Below, piece by piece: positions 8,470 through 15,332 of a DNA stretch of 15,332 nt. Origin of the DNA: Planctomycetota bacterium. GTDB lineage: Bacteria; Planctomycetota; SZUA-567; H5-PLA8. Every line of letters begins with the position of its first letter. The first letter of the stretch is position 1. A model generated the notes under the pieces. The model did no database searches. It saw nothing but the letters and a program-made list of their open reading frames with translations, and was not told the DNA's origin. The DNA lies in the NCBI GenBank assembly GCA_045863855.1, contig BTVV01000139.1, positions 1 to 15,332 of the forward strand, given 5' to 3'. The position numbers and the translations under genes were made by a program.

Positions 8470-8725
8470 GAGTCCACTGCAAACTGCGCACTTTCGGAGG
8501 TTCCACTCATCTCTGCGGGCTCTTTCGTCCCATGCTGTGGAGTGCGTACGGAAAGCGGCTTCCCATTCACCAGGAAGGTTTTACCGGTTGCCCGGCTTGA
8601 CTCGGCTGGAAGCCGGTCACCTTGCCACTGTCGGGCTGGCCGCTCGCCTTTTCTCCTCTATGCGCCCTTCGCAGTTGACTCCTTTTCCTGTGTAGCCCGA
8701 ATCGGGTAGAGACTCCGTCCCGTTT
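8470..8725 (-). ncRNA. Candidate bridge/seek RNA of the IS1111-group element
   Basis: Structured non-coding end with two internal loops carrying matches to the target flanks (8623-8629, 8568-8573) and to the donor junction (8532-8538, 8508-8515). The exact RNA ends are unknown. Confidence 0.7.
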
Positions 8726-9817
8726 TTACGGCGTAGATGCTCCGTACACCTTCCTTAAGTCGAAGGCTTCTCCCCATTGGAACAGTCGCCACACCGCTTC
8801 GGCCATCTTGCGCGCCGCCGCCACCATCGCCACCTTCTTAGGTTTGCGCCGACAGCGCGCTTGCAGCCACGGCTTGATCGCCAAGCCCGCTCCGCGCCGA
8901 CAGCGCAGGCTCGACAGAATGGCCCGCGTCAGCGCCCAGCGCACGTGCGGCGATCCGGCTCGCGTCATACCCACGTTCGAGCGTCGTCCGCCCGATTCGC
9001 GATACCCCGGCGTCAATCCCGTCGCTTTCGCGTATGCCTTCGCCGAACGGAAGCGCGTGGGCGTGCCCAGTTCCGCCCACAAAATGGGCGCCAACGTCGG
9101 ACCCACGCCCGAGAGTTCCCGTTGCAGCAACGCGACTTCGGGGAACGCCCGCGACTGCTCTTCCACCAGCCGAGCCCAATCGGAACGCTCCTCGCGCAAA
9201 GCCTGGATGCGCCGCCACAAGCGCCGCAGCGCTTCGCCGAGCATCCCTTCTTGCCGCGCAAGCATCGCCTGGATCTCCGCCTGGCCCACGTGCGTCTCGA
9301 ACGCGTTCTTGCGCAGATCCTCGCCTTTTTGAGCCAGCAGCGAGCGGAAGCGGCGCTTCAGATCCGCCAATTCGCTCGTCACCGCGCGTTGCTCCCGAAC
9401 CGCCGTGCGCAACTCGCGCAGCGCTCCTTCGGCGACGAACGCTTCCGGTAACTGCCGTTCGTACAGGTAATGCGCCAGCCACCAGGCATCGGTGGCGTCG
9501 GTCTTCTCGGAACTGATCGCGATGGCCTTCAGCCGCGCCGGCTGAGCCACATGCACCGGCTCGCGGCCCAGAGCCTCGACCAGCAGATCGTAGACCCACA
9601 AGAAACAGCCGCACGCTTCCAAGCTGACCTGCACAGCGCCTTTCGCGCGCCACTCGCCGACAAGCTTGGAGAGACACGCGCGGCGCGCATCGATCCGCCC
9701 GTTCGCGACCTCATCGCCCCTTCGATCCAGCACGCTGTACTGAATGAAACGATTGTGAATGTCCAGCCCGATGCTCCAACCCTTGAATCGCTCGCCCCGG
9801 CGTTGTAGCTTCTGCGT
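8726..9817 (-). CDS. IS110-family DEDD transposase/recombinase (363 aa if started at the ACG)
   Basis: The in-frame extension upstream of the ORF-track GTG (9733) reads TQKLQRRGERFKGWSIGLDIHNRFIQYS and supplies the first catalytic Asp (GLDIH). Also SLEAC, KTDATDA, GVGPTLA, RFRSAKAYAKATGLTP, RESGG (catalytic Ser) and VAAARK. SD AGGAGG lies 6 nt before the ACG. Confidence 0.9.
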   Translation of the reverse strand, partial: TQKLQRRGERFKGWSIGLDIHNRFIQYSVLDRRGDEVANGRIDARRACLSKLVGEWRAKGAVQVSLEACGCFLWVYDLLVEALGREPVHVAQPARLKAIAISSEKTDATDAWWLAHYLYERQLPEAFVAEGALRELRTAVREQRAVTSELADLKRRFRSLLAQKGEDLRKNAFETHVGQAEIQAMLARQEGMLGEALRRLWRRIQALREERSDWARLVEEQSRAFPEVALLQRELSGVGPTLAPILWAELGTPTRFRSAKAYAKATGLTPGYRESGGRRSNVGMTRAGSPHVRWALTRAILSSLRCRRGAGLAIKPWLQARCRRKPKKVAMVAAARKMAEAVWRLFQWGEAFDLRKVYGASTP

Positions 9818-10208
9818 GGGTTCCCTCCTCGCTGTGTTTGGGATGTTCTTCGCCGAACATGCCCGTCTATCACACAGGAGGGAACCTGTTCACTACATCA
9901 TCAGCCGGAGAACTTGGGCCGAACCTTTATGGCGCGGTGGATTCCTTACGAGATACGCAAGCGCCCGTCGGTGCGCCGACCACCTGACAGTCGCTGCCAT
10001 TTGCCGGCGGCATCCCGTCATGTACTCGGCGACCGGTTTAGCCGAACACCCCTCCGAGGTGGCGGCGCTGGGCCTGGATGAGGCCACGCAGGTCGGGCCC
10101 AGAATCACTGCAGTCGCGGCTTGTTGCAGGAACTCCACCGCTTCCCTGTGGAGCAGGAAATCCTCTGCGAATCGGGGCCAACTTCGTCCCAATCGAATAC
10201 GCACGCGT

Positions 10209-10259
10209 CAGAAGATCGGCGACCGACCAGATGAAGGATGAAAGGTTGGGCTCGCTCAT
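10209..10259 (-). pseudogene. hsdM: 5' stub of type I restriction-modification methyltransferase HsdM
   Basis: MSEPNLSSFIWSVADLL is the characteristic HsdM N-terminus (IWSVADLLRG). Similarity stops after 17 codons. Confidence 0.6.
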
Positions 10260-10313
10260 GGTACCCATGCCGCTGTGGTCCCGGCGCGGTTCCGCGCCGC
10301 GTGATGCCGCCGG

Positions 10314-10670
10314 TTGCGCCAACGGGGGGAGTTGCTCGAACGCCCGTTCGCGCACGCGCTGGAGACGGGCGGGCTTCGTCGTGTGTTCGTGCGCGGGCGG
10401 GAGCGCATCTGGAAGCGGCTGCTGATTCACGTGGCGGGCCTGAACTTCGGGCTGCTAATGTGGAAGGTCTTTGGCGTTGTGACGCCCAGAAGTCTCCAAT
10501 GGCTTGGGAAAGCGTTCGTTATCGCGATCGTGAACGTGTGGCGCTTCGAGGCGCCGGATACGCGGACGCCGCAGCCACAAACCTTATGGCGCCCCATGCC
10601 CAGCTTCGCAAAACCACGCGCCGAATGCACTGCCGCGGCATAAAGGAAGTGCTTTTTCAACGGGCTGCTA
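10314..10670 (+). mobile_element. 3' remnant of an IS1182/IS5-like element (DDE transposase C-terminus plus right end)
   Basis: RQRGELLERPFAHALETGGLRRVFVRGRERIWKRLLIHVAGLNFGLLM (10314-10643), followed by the terminal-IR-like CTTTTTCAACGGGCTG and CTAA at 10652-10671. Confidence 0.75.
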
Positions 10671-11173
10671 AAGCGCCTGCAAGCGTCCTTTGATGTGGCG
10701 CAATGCTAGTCGTGCCCATTGCGCCTGCGCTGCCCGGCACCTGCCAGCCTTCGGCGAGGAGAAAAGAGCGTTCGCCTGCAATATACTTATGAGCGGGCTG
10801 CTCTTCGAAAACGACGCATTGAAAAGCGGTCCGATGCGTTCAAAGCGCGCTACCGTTGGCGCGCAGGCGTAGAAGGCAACATGTCGCGGTTGAAGCATCA
10901 GATGGGTCTGGGGTGCCTACGAGTTCGAGGAATGCCAGCCGTAAAGTACGCAGTACAGATGCGATCCTTGGGGCTCAATATACTGCGCTGCGCAGCCGAA
11001 AAGGCGGCCTAAAATCGGCCTCACTAGGGCACTTTCTCTATTATCCGCCTGGATAGACGCCTTGGATTGCTATAACCGCGGGAAAAATTACTGCGCTCAA
11101 TAGAGTCGCATGCGACCAGATCATTCGCCGAAGGATCCGCCCCCTTGCAACGTCAGCTTTTTGCCGGCCCGTG
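10671..11173 (+). mobile_element. 3' remnant of a second IS1182-like element
   Basis: The frame from 10671 reads KRLQASFDVAQC*SCPLRLRC...FKARYRWRAGVEGNMSRLKHQMGLGCLRVRG...LGLNILR, stop at 11012, with an internal TAG at 10707-10709. An end-like GCTTTTTGCCGGCCCGTGA lies at ~11156-11174. Confidence 0.72.
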
Positions 11174-11178
11174 AACTT

Positions 11179-11260
11179 TTGACAATACCCCTACCCGCCG
11201 GTCATGTTGAGAGTGAGTTACTGTTGACTTATTGAACTCCGCAGGGTCTAATGGTGTAAT
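11179..11260 (+). promoter_or_regulatory. Candidate sigma70 promoter region for module 2
   Basis: TTGACA 11179-11184 with a weak -10; TTGACT 11224-11229, 17 bp, TCTAAT 11247-11252; TTGAAC 11232-11237, 17 bp, TGTAAT 11255-11260. AT-rich context. Confidence 0.4.
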
Positions 11261-11325
11261 AGTTGCTTGGTTAAGCCGTTTCATAGAAGGTATTCGCCCC
11301 TTACGGGACAAGGCCTACAAGACCT

Positions 11326-11784
11326 ATGAAAACGCTTCTAGCTATGAAGTGCAAACTTGCGTTATTGGCGTTGATCGCGATGCCGGTTGTCGCTATGGGC
11401 AATGTTAAACCTTGCTGCTGTTGGCTGGGCCTGTTTATTACCTGTTGCCAAGAAAAAACGCCTGCACTCAAGTCTTGTTGTTCCCAAAGCGGTAAAAATC
11501 GCCACGCCGATGCAGCGAAGAAGAATCCTTCCGCCCCCGGCGTAGGCTTGTACCAGGCAGGGTCAGCCGATTGTTCATGCCCAATCCTATCGCAAGGTGA
11601 TTTTCCGGCCGCTTTAGCTGCTCCTAATGGGACAGAATCTGTGCCTATAACGCTGGCCCTTCCGAGCAAGCGAATTGACTGGGCTCATGCGCTGGATCTA
11701 AACCAAGTTTGGTTACAGCATCCATTCGATCCTGGACAATTGCAGTGGTGTCTTTACCTCCGATACCAGTCCATCCTTATTTGA
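11326..11784 (+). CDS. Cys-rich exported small protein, leader-like (C-terminus reminiscent of HYC_CC_PP-type proteins)
   Basis: Signal-like N-terminus, 11 Cys in CCC/CC/CC/CxC clusters, an Ala/Pro linker, and C-terminus HPFDPGQLQWCLYLRYQSILI*. It is the first ORF ahead of the second RND adaptor. Confidence 0.7.
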   Translation: MKTLLAMKCKLALLALIAMPVVAMGNVKPCCCWLGLFITCCQEKTPALKSCCSQSGKNRHADAAKKNPSAPGVGLYQAGSADCSCPILSQGDFPAALAAPNGTESVPITLALPSKRIDWAHALDLNQVWLQHPFDPGQLQWCLYLRYQSILI

Positions 11785-12066
11785 TCTCAACGTAAATCTC
11801 CGAGTGAAATGGCTATCCGTCAGCTCAACTGACGGCTGAGGATGCTGTTTCGACTCTCTAGAACGCATGATTCTTAGGATCGTGCAGTGGTCGCCAGACA
11901 CAACCACTACCGAGTGAGACAAGAGATCCATCGGCGACGCCGGAGGTGTCCTTTGAGGTCTTTGGCTGCCAACGTTCATCGCCACTTATAACTTGAACTT
12001 AGGCAGGCGATGCGTCCGACAATTCCATAAAGAAGATGAAACAAAGTTAAAGAGAGGATGTGCGCC

Positions 12067-13521
12067 ATGACAAATCGAAGGCCCATCGGGACACCCGGCG
12101 AATCCGACTCGGACGTAACACGGCATCCGTCTCAAAAAAAACGACGAGTGCTATTGGCTTGCGTCGGGGCAGTTCTGTTTTCAGCTCTCGGTGTTTTATT
12201 CGCGTGGCAATACGCCTTCGCACACGAGGGGCACGGGACGGAAGAGGTTGGAGAATTCGACTTTGATGCCCCGAGGATCGTTTCAGCCGAGACGGCGAAG
12301 CACATCGGGCTAAAGACTGCCGAGGTGGGGAGGCACTCCATCGAGGAAGTCATTGAATTAAGCGGGGTTGTCAAACCCCTACCCGACCGGCATCGCGCCG
12401 TGGTTTCACGCCTGTCCGGACGGATTCTGCAAGTAACCAAGCAGGTCGGGGACCCGGTTAAACAGGGGGAGCTTTTAGCGCGAATAGACAGCCCCGAACA
12501 GTCGCGCAACCTCTACGAAGTCCGCAAAATCGAGGTCGAATACCTGAAACTCCTGCTGGAGTTCGAACGCGCCAAGGCCGAGTCCGAACGTACCGCCTCC
12601 GAAGTCAAGTCGGCGCATGAGCAATTCACGTTCGCGGACTCTGAATACGAACGTGCGCGAGGATTGAGCAAGGATGGCGCGGTCTCGGAAAAGGAAACCG
12701 CCCAGCGCAAATCCGACCGTGCACAAGCGGAAGCCAACATTCGCAAAAGTGAGATAGAGCTATCCCTGGCGCGTCGCACCACGGAGGGACTGCAACGCCA
12801 GGCGGAAGCGCTTCGCGTAAGCCGCGAGTCCTTGCTAATCATGAACAACCTCGACCCCAGGGTTGACTTGGGACTGCCGTTCACCAGCGTTCTGGAAATC
12901 AAGGCCGAGGCGGACGGCGTGGTCGTTAGACGGACGGCCATTCCCGGCCATTGGGCTCAAGCAGGAGAATCCATCCTGGAGATCGCGGACTATGGCGAGG
13001 TGCAAATCGAAGGAGAAATCCCAGAGTCGCTCCTCTCGCGCATTATCGGACGGCAGGCGGACAAGGTTCGAATCAGGACACCGGCGGATCCGAAGTTCCT
13101 GGGCGAGGGAAAAATCAGATTCATTACGCCTCAGCTTGAACCACAGAAGCGTACCGCACACTTGATCGTGGACGCCAAGAATACACCGGGTGTGTTGCGC
13201 GGCGAGATGTGGGTCGAGCTTTCGGTCGTGGTGCGCGAGGCCAAGAATGCCCTAGTTGTTCCCCGATCCGCCGTGATCGTACATGGCCCCATGCACTTCG
13301 TTTTCCTGGAGAGCGGCGGTCAATACCAGAAGCAAGACATCAACCCTGGCGTGTCGGACGACCGCTTTGTCGAGGTAAAAGATGGCTTGGCTCCTGGAGA
13401 CGAGGTTGTGGTGCAAGGAGCTTACTCCCTGACACAGTTGCGACCAAAGGCCAAAGCCAAGGAAAGCGAAGTCACGACGGACAAGACAAAGAACGAAAAT
13501 GCGCATGGAGAGAAGAAATAG
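12067..13521 (+). CDS. Efflux RND periplasmic adaptor (CzcB/CusB-like MFP)
   Basis: ATG 12067 is better spaced from SD GAGG (12054-12057) than ATG 12058. TM/signal segment then AHEGH, VSRLSGRI...VGDPVKQGELLA, a long coiled coil, and VEVKDGLAPGDEVVVQGAY. Confidence 0.92.
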   Translation: MTNRRPIGTPGESDSDVTRHPSQKKRRVLLACVGAVLFSALGVLFAWQYAFAHEGHGTEEVGEFDFDAPRIVSAETAKHIGLKTAEVGRHSIEEVIELSGVVKPLPDRHRAVVSRLSGRILQVTKQVGDPVKQGELLARIDSPEQSRNLYEVRKIEVEYLKLLLEFERAKAESERTASEVKSAHEQFTFADSEYERARGLSKDGAVSEKETAQRKSDRAQAEANIRKSEIELSLARRTTEGLQRQAEALRVSRESLLIMNNLDPRVDLGLPFTSVLEIKAEADGVVVRRTAIPGHWAQAGESILEIADYGEVQIEGEIPESLLSRIIGRQADKVRIRTPADPKFLGEGKIRFITPQLEPQKRTAHLIVDAKNTPGVLRGEMWVELSVVVREAKNALVVPRSAVIVHGPMHFVFLESGGQYQKQDINPGVSDDRFVEVKDGLAPGDEVVVQGAYSLTQLRPKAKAKESEVTTDKTKNENAHGEKK

Positions 13522-13689
13522 TGCCTGCACTCGTCCTCATTGCGCGTGGGAACGGGACAACTGCGCCTAGTACGTGGCGTCAAGCTTCCGTACATGCAGT
13601 CCTTTCTGCCGGAGTCCTGCGCATAGGGTGCTGGAACCTTAGGTTGCGACAAGTTGTTACCGGCGCAATCGGAAAAATGAGACGCGAGA

Positions 13690-15332
13690 ATGCTTAATTA
13701 CTTTATTCGTTTTTCTCTTAGTCACCGCGGACTGGTGCTCGCCGCATCTGCGCTTTTATCGGTTTATGGCCTTTTCACCATTACAAGGCTACCCGTGGAC
13801 GTTTTTCCTGACCTGAACCGACCAACCGTTACCGTAATGATTGAGGCTCCAGGGCTGGCGCCAGAGGAGGTGGAAACGCAGGTTACCTTCCCCTTGGAAA
13901 CTGCGATGAATGGCGCGCCTGGCGTTGAGCGCGTGCGTTCCAGCTCAGGAATCGGACTTTCCGTGATTTGGGTGGAGTTCGGATGGGACACTGACATTTG
14001 GCATGACCGGCAGGTGGTTCAGGAAAGAATCAATCAAAGCCAGGAAAAACTACCCTCTGACGTGACTCCTTTTATGGCCCCGATCTCATCAATTATGGGC
14101 GAAATAATGTTGGTAGGACTTTATAGTGACTCGTTGGAGCCAATTGAGGTTAGGACAGCGGCCGATTGGGTAGTCCGTCCACGCTTGCTCGCTATTTCTG
14201 GAATTGCCCAAGTAACCGTTATGGGTGGGGGCGTAAAGCAGTATCAAGTCCTTGCCGATCCGGAGCGAATGAGACGATATGGCATTACGTTCAAAGAACT
14301 TGAGGAAGCGATATCGGAAAGCAACGAAAACAGCGGAGGTGGATTCGTCTATGAGCAAAGCCAGGAATTCATGGTTAGAAATCTGGGGCGAGTTCAGTCG
14401 CTTCAGGAAATCGAGAATTCCCTGGTTGTCACGAGGAATAATGTTGCTGTTCGTGTGCGGGATATCGCTGAGGTGCGCACTGCTCCGGGAATCAAGCGTG
14501 GAGAAGGCTCTGTAAATGGCAAGGCCGCTGTGATCATCGCCTTGCAGAAGCAACCAGGCACCGACACGCGCCAGTTGACCGAGGCAGTGGATCAAGCTCT
14601 GGAGGGATTGCGTTCCTCGCTGCCAAAAGATTTGAAGATTGAGCCGAACCTCTTTCGTCAGGCGCACTTCATCAAATCAGCCATCGATAATGTCCAAACC
14701 AGTCTTTTCGAAGGCATCATACTTGTAAGCATCATCATTCTGCTATTTCTCATGAATCTCCGGACCGCGGTTGTAACCCTGACTGCATTTCCACTCTCCC
14801 TTCTGCTGACGGCATTGGTCTTTAAGTTCTTCGATATGTCCATCAACACCATGACCTTGGGAGGAATAGCGGTGGCGGTGGGCGAACTGGTGGACGACGC
14901 TATTGTTGACATGGAAAACGTCTTTCGCCGGTTGCGGGAAAACCGCCATTCGGCGACACCAAAGCCGGTACTGGAAGTGATCTTTCTTGCCTCCAGTGAG
15001 ATCCGCAACTCAATTGTTTTCAGCACTATTCTAGTCATGCTCGTCTTTTTGCCCTTATTCGCGCTTTCCGGCATAGAGGGTAGGCTGTTTACGCCCCTTG
15101 CTGTTGCATACATAGTTTCGATTCTGATCTCTTTAGTGGTCTCGTTGACCGTTACTCCGGTCCTCTGTTCCTACCTGCTGCCTGGCATGAAAAGCATGGA
15201 AGAGGCCAAAGACGGCCTCTTGCTAAGGGACTGTAAAGCGGCCGCACTTTTTTTATACCGCATTACCTTCCCGTACCCAAAGGAGGTTATCTGAATTGCA
15301 TTGGCGTTTTTTGTAGCGTGAGTTGTCGCCGA
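13690..15332 (+). CDS. Second heavy-metal RND permease (CzcA/CusA family); N-terminal half, interrupted by TGA at 15292-15294 and cut by the window edge
   Basis: LPVDVFPDLNRPTVTV, APISSIMGE and NTMTLGGIAVAVGELVDDAIVDMEN. The same frame continues as a TM7-like stretch *IALAFFVA*VVA. Confidence 0.88.

Larger units (their letters stand above)
8450..9902 (-). mobile_element. IS110-family insertion sequence, IS1111 group
   Basis: Perfect 13-bp sub-terminal inverted repeats TGAACAGGTTCCC (8456-8468) and GGGAACCTGTTCA (9880-9892). CATC is present at both junctions (8450-8453, 9899-9902). Short upstream end, ~270-nt downstream non-coding end, and a DEDD transposase. Confidence 0.9.

Noticed and set aside
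8446..8709. 87-aa plus-strand ORF after rcnA
   Set aside because: It straddles the IS boundary and lies antisense to the structured non-coding end, with no protein motif.
8777..9873. ORFs overlapping the transposase (8777-9451, 8838-9677, 9034-9516, 9529-9873)
   Set aside because: Shadow frames. The DEDD frame is continuous without any frameshift.
11105..11116. Perfect 12-bp palindrome GTCGCATGCGAC
   Set aside because: Isolated inside an IS remnant end, with no U-tract or second copy, so no function can be supported.
11224..11260. MerR-type promoter/operator
   Set aside because: No convincing dyad or 19-bp-spaced -10, and no merR-family gene in the window.
11785..12057. Known NiCo (czcD) riboswitch
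   Set aside because: I could not match its conserved four-way-junction sequence by eye, so the region is kept only as an unassigned structured spacer.
15292..15321. TGA reassignment (Gly/Trp) or selenocysteine as an explanation for the in-frame TGAs
   Set aside because: TGA properly terminates the leader (437), permease 1 (5313) and OMF (6677), and thousands of other codons contain no internal TGA.

Overview
GC-rich bacterial heavy-metal (probably Ni/Co) resistance island with two heavy-metal RND modules. Module 1 (1-6677) has a His-rich leader ORF ending in an RAPP motif, then a lipoprotein adaptor, a CzcA/CusA-family permease and a TolC-family channel (B-A-C order). It is followed by a chrA remnant and a co-directional rcnR-rcnA operon with a clear operator. 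An apparently full-length IS110-family element of the IS1111 group (~8450-9902, minus strand) sits just after rcnA. It has 13-bp sub-terminal inverted repeats, an ACG at the expected start codon, and a downstream non-coding region with segments matching its own target and donor junctions (candidate bridge/seek RNA). A debris zone follows (hsdM 5' stub, two IS1182-like 3' fragments). Module 2 (11326-end) has a Cys-rich leader-like ORF, a hairpin-rich spacer, an adaptor and a second permease interrupted by TGA codons near the window edge. The most interesting signals are the two candidate metal-sensing leader peptides and the readable bridge-RNA guides. All RNA pairings were read by eye, not computed.
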